Shown: positions 50,530 through 61,568 of the stretch, piece after piece
How the letters are laid out: every line of letters begins with the position of its first letter
How positions within the stretch are numbered: the first letter of the stretch is position 1
Source of the DNA: Chthoniobacterales bacterium
Lineage (GTDB): Bacteria; Verrucomicrobiota; Verrucomicrobiia; Chthoniobacterales; Chthoniobacteraceae
DNA length: 64,000 bases
Direction of reading: 5' to 3'
NCBI GenBank assembly: GCA_038207335.1
Contig: JBBQZX010000007.1
Span: 32,001 to 96,000 of the forward strand
Translations under genes and position numbers: made by a program
Notes under the pieces: generated by a model
What the model saw: the letters and a program-made list of their open reading frames with translations, nothing else
Told to the model about the DNA's origin: nothing
The model's database searches: none

Positions 50530-50831
50530 CGTGTGGAACTCACTTGCTCGCTCAGGACTTTCTCCGCGAGGCGGCGCTTTTCCTCTCGTGCGGCGCGGCG
50601 CATGAGTAGCATGTCGAAAAGCGCGAGGAGCAGATCGAAAAAAGTGAACCACGCGCAGACCGCCCAATAAACAACGAAGAGAAGTGGCCGCTCGCGGAGC
50701 CATACTGCAAGAAAAGTGGAGCCGGCAAAGAGGAGCGCAAGCGCGGTGAGGACGCCGTAAAACATGAGCAGCCGACGCCCGCGCGCATCGCGGATCAATC
50801 CTTTGCTGATGCTGGTGGTGAGCTTGATCAC
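50526..50831 (-). CDS. Small two-TM membrane protein
   Basis: Two hydrophobic helices; stop overlaps the dgt start; preceded by TTGTCA-16 nt-TACTTT (50869-50842). Confidence 0.7.
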   Translation of the reverse strand: MIKLTTSISKGLIRDARGRRLLMFYGVLTALALLFAGSTFLAVWLRERPLLFVVYWAVCAWFTFFDLLLALFDMLLMRRAAREEKRRLAEKVLSEQVSSTR

Positions 50832-50881
50832 GTCGCCGGCGAAAGTAGCGGAGTGGCTCGGATTGACAACCCGCGCCGGAC

Positions 50882-51631
50882 TCACCTCGGCAGGAATTTC
50901 GTGCCAGTTTGCTTGCCCGCGAGGATGTCGCCGATCTGCCGCGGCTTCCGCCCATGCGCGATTTGCGTGAGGATCCCCGCCTCCACGGCGAGCTTCACGG
51001 CCTGCAATTTCGAGATCATTCCACCGACGGAAAACTGCCCTTTTTCCTGCCGCGCGAGCGACGCGACCGAGTCGATATTTTCGACGACTGCGACGGTCGC
51101 TCCACTCTCGTCGAGGAGCCCATCGACGCTCGTTAGGAGGATGAGCAAATCGGCACGGGCGAGGATCGCGACTTCCGCGGAAAGCCGGTCGTTGTCTCCA
51201 AATTTCAGCTCTTCCACCGCTACCGAATCGTTCTCGTTGATGATCGGCACGACCGACTTTCGCGTGAGCAAATGCTCGAGCGTGTTGTGCGCGTTTGCGT
51301 ATCGCGTGCGGCTGTCGAGGTCGCCGTGCGTGAGCAGGAGCTGCGCGACATTCAGACCGCGGCTCTCGAACATCGTGGCGTAGAGCTGCATGAGTTTCGA
51401 TTGCCCCACCGCGGCGCACGACTGGCGCGCCGCGAGTTCGTCGGGTCGCGACTTTAGCCCGAGCGCCATGAGCCCCGCAGCAACCGCGCCGCTGGAGACG
51501 ACGACGCACTCGTGCCCCGCCTGCACGAGTTCCGCGACCTCGCCGCTGAGTCGCTCGAATTGCTCGCGATCGAGGCTGTTGCCCTCGGGATTCGCGAGGA
51601 TGCCGGAGCCGAATTTAAGGACGATGCGCAC
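50882..51631 (-). CDS. proB: Glutamate 5-kinase (no PUA domain)
   Basis: IVLKFGS, VSSGAVAAG, AAVGQ, PIINENDSV, FGDNDRLSA, GGMISKLQA. Confidence 0.93.
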   Translation of the reverse strand: MRIVLKFGSGILANPEGNSLDREQFERLSGEVAELVQAGHECVVVSSGAVAAGLMALGLKSRPDELAARQSCAAVGQSKLMQLYATMFESRGLNVAQLLLTHGDLDSRTRYANAHNTLEHLLTRKSVVPIINENDSVAVEELKFGDNDRLSAEVAILARADLLILLTSVDGLLDESGATVAVVENIDSVASLARQEKGQFSVGGMISKLQAVKLAVEAGILTQIAHGRKPRQIGDILAGKQTGTKFLPR

Positions 51632-51635
51632 TGGG

Positions 51636-52886
51636 TCAGAGCTGGGTTTCGACGGGCGTCTGCACGACCTGAAGCGGTGCCTCCGTGAGTTTGCCGTTTC
51701 CATTTTCACGAGTGATCCGCTGCGACCGCGCGCGGTCCTGAGCGAAAATGCGCGACTGTTGCGCGGCGAAGGGCGCGTCGAGAACGTCGAAGTTTGCCTC
51801 GTCATTCAGGCGCAGCGAGCGGTTGTCGAAATTCGCCGAGCCGATGGAGACGAAGAGGCCGTCGGCGATGAGGAGTTTACAGTGAATCATCGTTGGCTCG
51901 AATTCGTAAATTTCGATGCCGGCGTCGAGCAGCTTGTCCCAGCGTTTGCGCGAGGCGCGGCGCACCGCTTTTTGGTCGATGTGCTCGCCTGGTACGATGA
52001 TCTCCACATGCACGCCGCGCCGCGCTGCAAGCACGAGCGCCTCGATCGTTTTGTCGTCGGGGACGAAGTATGCGTTCTCGATTTTCAGCGACGTGCGCGC
52101 CGAAGCGATGGCGAGGTGATACATGAGCGGGACGGCGTAGTTCCCATTGCGCGGCGAGCTGTGGAAGCTGCTGGCGGCCACGGAGCCGGCGGGGCTCAAG
52201 GCGGGAAAGAAGTCGGGGCCGACGAGGAGTTCTTTCTGCGTGCGTAGCCAGTTCTCGGAAAATGCGGCTTGGATTTGCGCGACCGCGGGGCCCTCGATGC
52301 GGTAATGGGAGTCGCGCCAGTGTTCGGGGGAGTCGGCGTTTCCGTCCCACTGGTCGGCGATGCCGACGCCGCCGATGAAGCCGACTTTGCCATCGACGAC
52401 GAGGAGCTTGCGGTGGGTGCGGTTGTTGTAGCGGCGGATGTCCGGGTAGAAAACGGGATGGTAGCGCACGACTCGGACGCCGGCGGAGTCGAGCAGGTTG
52501 TTGTAAGCGCGCGATTTGCTCGCGCCGTGCGCATCGAGGATGACGAGGACTTTCACGCCAGCCCGCGCGCGCGCGGCGAGCGCCTCGGCAAAGGCGCGCG
52601 GGACCTCGCCTTTTTCAAACACGAACGTCTCGAGTGTGATCGTCTTTTTCGCGCCGCGAATGGCGCTGAGCATCGAGGGGAAAATTTCGACCCCGTTGCT
52701 CAGAGTGGTGATGCGGTTGCCGCCGATGAAGGGCGTGCCGATGACATTGCCCATGGACTGGCGGAATGAGGGGCTGCCGACGGGCGCCGCGCCGGAGATG
52801 GGTTCACGGAGGATTGACTGCGAGGCGCAGCCGCCCAAGGCGGTCGCGAGAGCGATCATGAGAATTGGGATGATGTTTTTGCGCAT
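51636..52886 (-). CDS. Cardiolipin synthase-type phospholipase D
   Basis: Two HKD motifs (HRKLLVVD, HCKLLIAD), GSANFDNRSLRLNDE; lipoprotein-like N-terminus (LGGC). Confidence 0.92.
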   Translation of the reverse strand: MRKNIIPILMIALATALGGCASQSILREPISGAAPVGSPSFRQSMGNVIGTPFIGGNRITTLSNGVEIFPSMLSAIRGAKKTITLETFVFEKGEVPRAFAEALAARARAGVKVLVILDAHGASKSRAYNNLLDSAGVRVVRYHPVFYPDIRRYNNRTHRKLLVVDGKVGFIGGVGIADQWDGNADSPEHWRDSHYRIEGPAVAQIQAAFSENWLRTQKELLVGPDFFPALSPAGSVAASSFHSSPRNGNYAVPLMYHLAIASARTSLKIENAYFVPDDKTIEALVLAARRGVHVEIIVPGEHIDQKAVRRASRKRWDKLLDAGIEIYEFEPTMIHCKLLIADGLFVSIGSANFDNRSLRLNDEANFDVLDAPFAAQQSRIFAQDRARSQRITRENGNGKLTEAPLQVVQTPVETQL

Positions 52887-53011
52887 GCTTCGCGGGAGAC
52901 TCGGCGAAGAACCTGCGGGACGTGAACGAAAAACGCGGCAATGACGGCAGGTGAAGTTATGTTATACCAATGGACCACGGCCATTTCGTGAGAGCCGTCG
53001 ATTCTTCCGCT

Positions 53012-53380
53012 ATGAACGCCCGCCTCCTTTTCGCGATTTTTCTCGGACTCGTATTTTGCAATCTCTCGGTCGCCGCCGATCCGGAGCCGGCCACCGCGGC
53101 TACTGTCGATTACCTAATCCAGCACGTCGCGGAGTCGAAACTTATCTTCATCCGAAATGGCAGCGAGCATGACGCGGGGGAGGCGGCAAAGCTGATGCAG
53201 CGGAAATACAATTACGTGAAGAGTTCGGTGAAAACGACGGAGGATTTCATCCGCTTGGCGGGCACGGAGAGCCACCTTTCCGGCAAGCCGTATCTCGTCA
53301 AAATGCCGGACGGGAAGACGATTCCTAGCGCGCAGTGGCTCGGCTCGGCGCTCCGGGAATATCGCGCGAAATCGAAGTAG
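53012..53380 (+). CDS. DUF5329 family secreted protein
   Basis: Signal peptide; FIRNGSEH.A.EA...M.RKY...EDFI.......SGKPY.V...WL. Confidence 0.85.
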   Translation: MNARLLFAIFLGLVFCNLSVAADPEPATAATVDYLIQHVAESKLIFIRNGSEHDAGEAAKLMQRKYNYVKSSVKTTEDFIRLAGTESHLSGKPYLVKMPDGKTIPSAQWLGSALREYRAKSK

Positions 53381-53381
53381 G

Positions 53382-55067
53382 CTACCGCACCGGGTCGCGG
53401 GGAAATTTCACGTAGGGCAGGCGTGCGCCGCGATAGATGTAATTGTCAGCACGAACGTTTTCGTTCGGCAAAAAGCCCACGCTGCCGCTGGTGGAGATGA
53501 TGTCGTCTTGATCGACACCGTCGCCGGAAACGCCGACTGCGCCGATGAGTTGGCCATTACGATACAGCGGGAAACCGCCGGGGAAGATGGTGATGCCGTT
53601 CGGCAGGTTCGGATTGCCGGGAAAGCCACCGCCGGGGGCCTGCCGGAGAGTGACGGCTTCTTGAAATCCGAAGTACGGTCCGTGCGAGCGTCCATCGAGC
53701 CCCGGAGGAAAATAGCGCTGCGCGAGGAAGCCGACCGTGCGAGTGGACTCAGCGAGTTGGCGATTTGAAAAGAAGACTGCGGTGCGCGCCTTTTGCACGG
53801 CGACATCCCAGGAAAAATTTGTGGGTTCGCCCGCGCCAAAGACGCCGAGGATCGCCGGTGGCTCTCCAGCTTTTTGCGGATTATTGACGACCGTGATGAA
53901 GACATTCGCACTCAGTCCGATCGGCAAGCGGATGCCGGCACGTGTGATGGCTGCGCGTTCGGCTGCCTGGCGGATGATGCGCTCGACATCGCTTTTTTTC
54001 AGCCGCTCGGCACCACCGATTTTGCCCCGAACAGGGTCGTCTCTCAGCGGGTCGTCCCGAAAAGGAAAACGCACTTTTCCACCCACGCCATAGTCTCGCG
54101 TTTCGTAAGGATATTCCGCGGGCGATGCCTGCGGAGCTCCGCTTGCAAAGGCTCCGGAGCCGATGGGCACGTCGATCGGGTTGCCGTCCGATGACAAATC
54201 CGCGCGGCTGTCAGTATCCTGAATGTCCTCGAGACGCTGCGCGACATACGGCAAACGGATGCCGTTGATGAGGACGTTGGTCGCGACGATTTCGTCGCTG
54301 GGGCGAAAGTTCGTCTGCCCCGCCAGGGCGACCATTTCATCGTGATCGCTGCCTACTTTATATCCCGTGCTCGCATCCCGCTGAGTCTCGCGGAAAAAGA
54401 TCGCGCCTGCGGGAGTGAGGTCGGTCGGCGAACCATCGCCCGTGACGCCGATACCGCCGACGAGTTGGCCGTTTTTATAGAGCGGCACGCCACCCGGCGA
54501 GTCGTTCAGGGAGGTGAGTGGAAATAAAGGCGCGCGCACGCCGGGTGACGTAGTCGGCGGAACGGGCGCAGTGCCGTCGAAGCCGGGAGGGATGAGCTTC
54601 ACACGATTAACGTCGCTGTAAAAAAGGCTGGAAAAGCCGACACCGACGAGCGGGCCGGGCGAGGTATTGCGCACGCCCACAGGGAAATGCTGCTGGATGA
54701 TGAACCCGGCCGTGCGCGAGGTGAACGCTTCGTGGTTGCTACTCAAAAATGCAGCCGTGCTCGCCCGCGTGATCGCGCCCGCGACGAGGCTGTAGAGTTT
54801 CAGCGTGGGCTTCGTGAGTGCGAATGGAGGAAGGGGATTTTGCAGGTGCCCTTTCACATCCCAAAGCGCGAGCAGGAATCCGTCGCGATCGGTGATCGCA
54901 ATGATCGCGTTCGGATCCTCGCTTCGCGCCTTGTGCACAGCTTGCGCCAAAATTTGCGCCACATCGCCTTGGGTCAGTTGCGCGGTTTCCGCTCGGGCAT
55001 TTCCAGTCAGGGCTGTCAAGGCCAGCGCGAGGATGACCGGGATTCGACACGGGTTATTCGGCTTCAC
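53382..55067 (-). CDS. Secreted tandem GlcG/HbpS-like heme-binding protein
   Basis: Signal peptide; two domains ending PGGVPLYKNGQLVGGIGVTGDG and PGGFPLYRNGQLIGAVGVSGDGVDQDD; KARTA. Start uncertain (55067 or 55103). Confidence 0.85.
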   Translation of the reverse strand: MKPNNPCRIPVILALALTALTGNARAETAQLTQGDVAQILAQAVHKARSEDPNAIIAITDRDGFLLALWDVKGHLQNPLPPFALTKPTLKLYSLVAGAITRASTAAFLSSNHEAFTSRTAGFIIQQHFPVGVRNTSPGPLVGVGFSSLFYSDVNRVKLIPPGFDGTAPVPPTTSPGVRAPLFPLTSLNDSPGGVPLYKNGQLVGGIGVTGDGSPTDLTPAGAIFFRETQRDASTGYKVGSDHDEMVALAGQTNFRPSDEIVATNVLINGIRLPYVAQRLEDIQDTDSRADLSSDGNPIDVPIGSGAFASGAPQASPAEYPYETRDYGVGGKVRFPFRDDPLRDDPVRGKIGGAERLKKSDVERIIRQAAERAAITRAGIRLPIGLSANVFITVVNNPQKAGEPPAILGVFGAGEPTNFSWDVAVQKARTAVFFSNRQLAESTRTVGFLAQRYFPPGLDGRSHGPYFGFQEAVTLRQAPGGGFPGNPNLPNGITIFPGGFPLYRNGQLIGAVGVSGDGVDQDDIISTSGSVGFLPNENVRADNYIYRGARLPYVKFPRDPVR

Positions 55068-55195
55068 GAGGGGCAGAAATAGCACGCTTAATTCGAACAG
55101 CAATCCTCAAGCGCAGCCGATCGCTTTTTGCGGATTCACGACAAATTGCGTTGCTGTTCTCAACGACTTCAGCCTATCACCTGCGCGTGCGAAAA

Positions 55196-57580
55196 ATGGT
55201 TGCCAATACGCATCCCGGCTCGAAGCGACTGCCGTCCACGCGCTGTCTTGTCGCTGGGATCGCCTCCCTGTTCGTCGTGACCACGGCACGAGCCGAGGAG
55301 TCGCATCCCAAGTTCAAGAGCGGCATGCCGCTCCTGCGGCCTGTCTCCACGAGGCACGAATCCGTACCGCCCAAGTCCCCCTCGCAATTCAACCCCGACC
55401 CCGGCGGAGACCGCGAACCGGCCCCCGAACCAAATCCGGAGCCGCGCGACGTGCTTTTTCCCGATGAGCCCGTGCATCCCGCCTTTGGCTCCGAGTCGCT
55501 TCCGTACGGGTTAAAATTACCCAGGCGCGGGGTCTTCGGACCGCACCCGATCAATAAAGTCTGGGAATATCCGCAGTATCCGCTCGGTCGCGAAGGGCTC
55601 GGCGTGCTGCCTTACGCAAAGACCGCACCAAACCGCTGGTTCTTGAATTTTCCCCACTGGACGCGCTACCGCGATCCGACTCACGAGACGCCTTACCAAT
55701 ACGACACTCCGGCGCTCTGGCATCCTTATCGGCAGAGCACATTGAAAGGTGACGTGCCAATCATCGGCGAGGACATCTTCCTGAATCTCACAGCGAAAAA
55801 CTTTTCGCTTTATGAATACCGCAAGCTCCCCGTGCCGAGCGGAGTCAGCACCGCACAGCCGAACAGCTTCGATTTTTTCGGCCGCAGTCAGCAGCAGTTC
55901 ATCTCGAACGACACGTCGATCGCATTCGATATTTTTGAGGGCGAGACGGCCTTCAAGCCTGTCCACTGGCTCATTCGCGCCCTGGCTGTTTACAATCAAA
56001 ACTGGATCACGGTCCGCGAAAATGGCCTCGTCGATCCGGACCCGCGTGGTGCGGGTTTCAATGACAATCGCCGTCCGCCGAACACGAGCAAAATCCAAGC
56101 GATCGGCACCGATGGCAGGAACGTGAATCCGAAAGATGGATTTCCGGCGAACTTTACGAAGACGATAAATCCCGGCGACGCCTTTAATTACATCGCCCCG
56201 CAACTGACGCCCACCGGCAATGCGAAGACGCTCGTGAAAGTCGATCCCGAGACCAATGAGGTCCGCGACCCAAAGAAGGCGAGAAAGGAAGACCAAAAGA
56301 GCGATGGGAAAAACGGACGCAAAGACCTCGCTGGCACACGCTACACCACCCGACACCGCGACTTCTTTGCGCTGCAGGAGGCATTTGCGGAGATTCACAT
56401 CAGCGACCTATCCGACAACTACGACTTCATCTCATCGCGCTGGGGCATCCAGCCTTTCGTCAGCGACTTCCGTGGCTTCATCTTTGCAGATACGAATCTC
56501 GGCGCGCGAATTTTTGGAAACCTCGATAACAATCGAATCCAATATAACCTCGCCTACTTCAATCAGCGCGAGAAGGACACTTACTCCGACCTCAACACTT
56601 TCGAGTCACGGCATCAGGACATTATCATCGCGAATGTCTTTCGACAGGATGCGCTCTGGCACGGTTACACAGCAGAACTGAGCTTTCTCGCGAACTTCGA
56701 CGACGGCGGGACTCACTACGACAAGAATGGCTTTCTCACGCGCCCATCGCCCTTCGGCACGGTGCAGGACGACGGCGATTTCAGCGGGCGCGCAGGTGGG
56801 GTGAAAGGCCACGAGGTCAAATCGTTCTACTTTGGCTGGACGGGCGACGGACACATCGGGCGGCTGAACATCACGCACGCCTTTTACGAGGTGCTCGGGG
56901 AAGACACCTTCAATGGCCTCGCAGGTCGAAAGGTGGCCATCAATGCACAGATGGCCGCGCTCGAACTGAGCTACGATCGCGATTGGTATCGGCTGAAGCT
57001 CTCGGGCTTCTACGCCAGCGGCGATAGCAACCCAAACAACCGTACCGCGACAGGGTTTGACACGATCCTCGACAACCCGTCTTTCGTCGGCGGGCCTTTC
57101 AGTTGGTACGTGCATGAAGGGATCAACCTCGGCGGCACATCGGTAGGTCTCAAGCAGCGCGACTCCCTCGTGCCGAACCTGCGCACGAGCAAGACGGAAG
57201 GTCAGTCGAACTTTGTGAACCCTGGCGTTTACATCCTCGGCATCGGGAGCGACATCGATGTTACTCCAAAGCTCAAGGCATTCGCGAATCTCAACTACAT
57301 CTGGCTCGCGCAGACTAAGCCAATCGAAGTCGCGCTGCAGACCAACAAGGCGCGTAGTGATCTAGGTCTCGATGCAAGCCTGGGAGTCAAATACCGGCCT
57401 TTGCTCACGGACAATATCATCCTCTCCGCGGGCGTCGGTTTCTTTGTTCCCGGCGGTGGATACAAAGACATCTATCGACGCAACACGGAGCGCGTCCACG
57501 GTCTCGGCCCGCAGGATCAGGAAGGAAAAACCGATAGCTTTCTCTACAACGCGTTCGTGACGCTGACCTTCGTTTATTGA
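55196..57580 (+). CDS. Large putative outer-membrane beta-barrel protein
   Basis: Signal peptide, Pro-rich N-terminal extension, many alternating aromatic beta-strands, C-terminal strand YNAFVTLTFVY. Confidence 0.8.
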   Translation: MVANTHPGSKRLPSTRCLVAGIASLFVVTTARAEESHPKFKSGMPLLRPVSTRHESVPPKSPSQFNPDPGGDREPAPEPNPEPRDVLFPDEPVHPAFGSESLPYGLKLPRRGVFGPHPINKVWEYPQYPLGREGLGVLPYAKTAPNRWFLNFPHWTRYRDPTHETPYQYDTPALWHPYRQSTLKGDVPIIGEDIFLNLTAKNFSLYEYRKLPVPSGVSTAQPNSFDFFGRSQQQFISNDTSIAFDIFEGETAFKPVHWLIRALAVYNQNWITVRENGLVDPDPRGAGFNDNRRPPNTSKIQAIGTDGRNVNPKDGFPANFTKTINPGDAFNYIAPQLTPTGNAKTLVKVDPETNEVRDPKKARKEDQKSDGKNGRKDLAGTRYTTRHRDFFALQEAFAEIHISDLSDNYDFISSRWGIQPFVSDFRGFIFADTNLGARIFGNLDNNRIQYNLAYFNQREKDTYSDLNTFESRHQDIIIANVFRQDALWHGYTAELSFLANFDDGGTHYDKNGFLTRPSPFGTVQDDGDFSGRAGGVKGHEVKSFYFGWTGDGHIGRLNITHAFYEVLGEDTFNGLAGRKVAINAQMAALELSYDRDWYRLKLSGFYASGDSNPNNRTATGFDTILDNPSFVGGPFSWYVHEGINLGGTSVGLKQRDSLVPNLRTSKTEGQSNFVNPGVYILGIGSDIDVTPKLKAFANLNYIWLAQTKPIEVALQTNKARSDLGLDASLGVKYRPLLTDNIILSAGVGFFVPGGGYKDIYRRNTERVHGLGPQDQEGKTDSFLYNAFVTLTFVY

Positions 57581-57604
57581 GCGGCGGCGCGTGACGGAAC
57601 GGGC

Positions 57605-60600
57605 CTAACCGGGATGCGCAACGCCGCAGGAGCAGCGGGCGGGGCTGGCGCTGCTTGATGCGGCGGGGTCGTAGTTGAGGTTGGGGCCTAACCAGCGCTC
57701 GACTTCCTGGAGGGTGATGCCTTTTCGAAGATGGTAATCGAGGGCTTGGTCGCGGTCGATTTTGCCAAGGCCAAAGTAGCGTGCTTGCGGATGGGCAAAG
57801 TAGAGGCCGCTGACGCTGGAGCCGGGCCACATCGCAAACGATTCGGTGATTTGGATTCCTGCGCTTTTCTCGACGTCGAGCACCTTCCAGAGCGTGCCTT
57901 TTTCGGTGTGGTCGGGGCACGCAGGGTATCCGGCGGCGGGGCGGATGCCTCGGTACTTCTCGGCGATCATCTCGTCGTGAGTGAGCGCTTCGGATTTTCC
58001 GTAGCCCCACTCGTCGCGCGCCCGTTTGTGAAGATATTCGGCAAACGCCTCGGCGAGCCGGTCGGCGAGCGCCTCGGCCATGATCGCGTTGTAGTCGTCG
58101 TGATCGGCTTTGAAGGCCTCGACCAATTTGCCCAGCCCGTGGCCGCTCGTGACGGCGAACGCGCCAATGTGATCGGGCAGCCCGGTCGATTTCGGCGCGA
58201 TGAAATCGCTCAGCGATTGGTCGGGTTCGCCGTCTTTCTTGGCGATTTGCTGGCGGAGAAAATGGAGAGTAGAGAGGACATCTGTGCGCGTTTCGTCGGT
58301 GTAGAGTTCGACATCGTCGCCCACTGAATTGGCGGGGAAAAAGCCGTACACGCCGCGTGGAGTGAGCAGGTTTTCGTCGATGATTTTCGCGAGGAGTTGT
58401 TGCGCGTCAGCGAAGAGTTTACGCGCTTCCTCGCCGTATTTTTCGTGCTCGAGGATTTTCGGATACACGCCGCGCAGTTCCCACGTGTGGAAAAATGGCG
58501 ACCAATCGATGCACTCAGCGATCTCGGCGAGCGTGGGCGAACTATCCAACACTTGGGCACCAGTGAATTCCGGCTGCGGCAGATCCTCAGCGCGCCACTC
58601 GATCCGCGTGCGTTTTTCGCGCGCGGTTTCGAGCGGGATGAGCTGCTGCTTCGTCCCGGCGTGCGCGGCGCGGGCGCGATTTTGCTCGTCGAGATTTCGC
58701 GCCGCGAATCCCGCGCGTTGCTCGGGGCTGATGAGCGAACTCACCACCGGCACGGCACGCGATGCGTCAAGCACATGCACGACAGACTGCGAAAATCCGG
58801 GCGCGATTTTCACCGCGGTGTGCGCCTTGGAAGTCGTCGCGCCACCGATCAGAAGCGGCTGCTTCATGCCGAGCCGCTCCATCTCGCGGGCGACATGGAC
58901 CATCTCGTCGAGCGACGGCGTGATGAGCCCGGAGAGTCCGATCACATCTACGTTCAGCTCACGCGCGGTCTGCAAAATCTTGTCGCATGGCACCATCACA
59001 CCGAGGTCGATCACCTCGTAGTTGTTACACCCGAGCACGACTCCGACGATGTTTTTGCCGATGTCATGCACATCGCCTTTCACCGTAGCCAAAAGCACTT
59101 TTCCCTGCGCGCGCACTTCGCCGCCGGCGGCGAGCGTCGCCGCTTTTTCCGCCTCCATGAACGGCAGCAAATACGCCACCGCGCGCTTCATCACGCGCGC
59201 AGATTTCACCACCTGCGGCAGGAACATTTTCCCCGCGCCGAAGAGGTCGCCGACGATGTTCATCCCGTCCATCAGCGGGCCCTCGATGAGCGCGAGAGGC
59301 CGCCCATACTTGATCCGCGCTTCCTCGGTATCCTCGACGACAAACGCGTCGATGCCTTTCACAAGCGCGTGCGAGAGTCGCTCCTCAACCGGCAGTTTCC
59401 GCCACGCGGACTCCTCAACCGCGACCTCGGTTTTATCGCGATGCTTCACCGTTTCGGCGAAAGTGACGAGCCGTTCCGTCGCGTCGGAACGCCGGTTCAG
59501 CAGCACGTCCTCAACGAGCTCGCGCAGTTCCGGCGCGATCTCCTCATACACCTCGAGCATCCCCGCATTCACGATGCCCATGTCGAGCCCCGCGCGGATC
59601 GCGTGATACAAAAACGCCGAGTGCATCGCCTCGCGCACGTGGTTATTCCCGCGGAAGCTGAACGAGATATTCGACACGCCCCCGCTCACTTTCGCGTGGG
59701 GCAGGTTCGCTTTGATCCAGCGCGTCGCCTCGATGAAATTGATCGCGTAATTCACATGCTCTTCGAGGCCGGTCGCGACCGTGAGGATGTTCGGATCGAA
59801 GATGATGTCCTGCGGCGGAAAGCCGACCTTTTCCACGAGCAGCCGGTAGCTCCGCTCGCAGATTTCGCACTTCCGCTCGAGCGTGTCCGCCTGCCCTTTT
59901 TCGTCGAACGCCATGACGACGACCGCCGCGCCGTAGCGCCGCACGAGCCGCGCGTAGTGCAGAAATTTCTCCTCGCCCTCCTTCAGCGAAATCGAGTTCA
60001 CGATCCCCTTCCCCTGCACACATTTCAGCCCTGCCTCGATCACGCTCCACTTTGACGAGTCCACCATGATCGGCACGCGCGCGATCTCTGGCTCGGTCAT
60101 GATGTAATTCAAAAAGCGCGTCATCGCCGCCGCGCCGTCCAGCATCCCCTCGTCCATGTTCACGTCGATGATCTGCGCGCCGTTCTCAGCCTGGTGCCGC
60201 GCGATGCTCACCGCCTCCTCGTAGTTTCCCGCGAGGATCAGCTTCGCAAATTTCGGCGACCCCGTGACGTTCGCGCGCTCGCCGATATTGATGAAATTCG
60301 TCTCGGGCGTGAGCGTGAGCGCGTCATTGCCGCTCAGGCGCAGATACGGTTTAGCCTCCGGCACCACGCGCGGCGCGATGCCGCGGACGGCCTCGGCAAT
60401 TTTTTGAATGTGCGGCGGTGTCGTGCCGCAGCAGCCGCCGACGAGATTGAACATCCCCTCGCGCCCCCACTCCGCGAGTTGCGGCGCGAGCGATTCCGGC
60501 GTCTCGGGAAAGCCGGTCGGCAGCAGCGGATTCGGCAGTCCCGCGTTCGGATAAACGCTGACGTAGAGCGGCGCGAGCACGCTGAGTTCCTGGATCAGTG

Positions 60601-61402
60601 GGCGCATTTCCTCAGGACCGAGCGCGCAATTCATGCCGACGCTCAGCAGGGGGACGTGTGAGATCGAATTCCAAAACGCCTCGACGGTTTGGCCCGTCAC
60701 GCCGCGCGTGCCGCCTTTTTGGATGAAGGTCACGGACGCCATCAGGGGGATGATCTTTTTCCCGGGCTCAGGCGCGCGGCCGTAGGGCAAAGCAGTGATG
60801 CCGCGTTCCTCAAAGATTTGCTCGATCGCGAAGAACGCGGCCTTGGCGTTGAGCGTGTCGAAGATCGTCTCGACGAGCAGGACGTCCACGCCGCCGTCGA
60901 GCAGCGCGCGGACTTGTTCGCCGTACGCTTTTACCAGCTCGTCCCATGTCGTGCCGCGGGCGGAGGCGTCATTGGTGTCGGTGGAAAATGAGGACGTTTT
61001 TGTCGTCGGGCCGATCGCTCCGGCGACGAAACATTTGCGAGCCGGCTGCGCAGCCATCACTTCTTCCGCCGCCCGCCGCGCACACTCCGCACCGGCGCGC
61101 GACAGCTCATACGCGAGATCGCCCATGCCGTAGTCGCCGAGCGAGATGAACTGGCCGTTGAACGTATTCGTCTCCACCAAATCCGCTCCCGCCTCGAGAT
61201 AGCGCCGGTGGATTTCCTGGATGATCTGCGGCTGCGTGAGGTTCAGTAGCTCGTTGTTGCCCTTGAGGTCCTTGCCTTTCCAATCACGAAACCGCTCCCC
61301 GCGAAACTGCTCCTCCGTCAGTTTGTACTGCTGGATCGTCGTCCCCATCGCGCCGTCGATGATGACGATGCGCTGCTGCAACAATTCGGCGAGCGGATGC
61401 AT
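57605..61402 (-). CDS. metH: Cobalamin-dependent methionine synthase
   Basis: [32 protein letters not shown] (B12-binding), [12 protein letters not shown]. Confidence 0.98.
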   Translation of the reverse strand: MHPLAELLQQRIVIIDGAMGTTIQQYKLTEEQFRGERFRDWKGKDLKGNNELLNLTQPQIIQEIHRRYLEAGADLVETNTFNGQFISLGDYGMGDLAYELSRAGAECARRAAEEVMAAQPARKCFVAGAIGPTTKTSSFSTDTNDASARGTTWDELVKAYGEQVRALLDGGVDVLLVETIFDTLNAKAAFFAIEQIFEERGITALPYGRAPEPGKKIIPLMASVTFIQKGGTRGVTGQTVEAFWNSISHVPLLSVGMNCALGPEEMRPLIQELSVLAPLYVSVYPNAGLPNPLLPTGFPETPESLAPQLAEWGREGMFNLVGGCCGTTPPHIQKIAEAVRGIAPRVVPEAKPYLRLSGNDALTLTPETNFINIGERANVTGSPKFAKLILAGNYEEAVSIARHQAENGAQIIDVNMDEGMLDGAAAMTRFLNYIMTEPEIARVPIMVDSSKWSVIEAGLKCVQGKGIVNSISLKEGEEKFLHYARLVRRYGAAVVVMAFDEKGQADTLERKCEICERSYRLLVEKVGFPPQDIIFDPNILTVATGLEEHVNYAINFIEATRWIKANLPHAKVSGGVSNISFSFRGNNHVREAMHSAFLYHAIRAGLDMGIVNAGMLEVYEEIAPELRELVEDVLLNRRSDATERLVTFAETVKHRDKTEVAVEESAWRKLPVEERLSHALVKGIDAFVVEDTEEARIKYGRPLALIEGPLMDGMNIVGDLFGAGKMFLPQVVKSARVMKRAVAYLLPFMEAEKAATLAAGGEVRAQGKVLLATVKGDVHDIGKNIVGVVLGCNNYEVIDLGVMVPCDKILQTARELNVDVIGLSGLITPSLDEMVHVAREMERLGMKQPLLIGGATTSKAHTAVKIAPGFSQSVVHVLDASRAVPVVSSLISPEQRAGFAARNLDEQNRARAAHAGTKQQLIPLETAREKRTRIEWRAEDLPQPEFTGAQVLDSSPTLAEIAECIDWSPFFHTWELRGVYPKILEHEKYGEEARKLFADAQQLLAKIIDENLLTPRGVYGFFPANSVGDDVELYTDETRTDVLSTLHFLRQQIAKKDGEPDQSLSDFIAPKSTGLPDHIGAFAVTSGHGLGKLVEAFKADHDDYNAIMAEALADRLAEAFAEYLHKRARDEWGYGKSEALTHDEMIAEKYRGIRPAAGYPACPDHTEKGTLWKVLDVEKSAGIQITESFAMWPGSSVSGLYFAHPQARYFGLGKIDRDQALDYHLRKGITLQEVERWLGPNLNYDPAASSSASPARCSCGVAHPG

Positions 61403-61464
61403 GAAAAGAGTCTCGGGCATGACGCTCGCAATCTCTGCCGAGACGCGATTTTCCTCAAGAAACA

Positions 61465-61498
61465 AATGAACGCATCACGATGGGATGATGCGTTCATT
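61465..61498. promoter_or_regulatory. Perfect palindrome upstream of metH, possible SahR/SamR-type operator
   Basis: aatgaacgcatca-cgatggga-tgatgcgttcatt: 13-bp arms with an ATCA-N8-TGAT core, 63 nt upstream of the ATG. Confidence 0.6.
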
Positions 61499-61568
61499 AA
61501 ACTAATACGAGCCGGGACGCCCTCATCGTTGTCTTGATCTCGGGGCCGAAGGCGCCCAAGCACCGCAG

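Noticed and set aside
58397..60055. 552-aa ORF opposite metH
   Set aside because: Shadow ORF of a strongly conserved gene.
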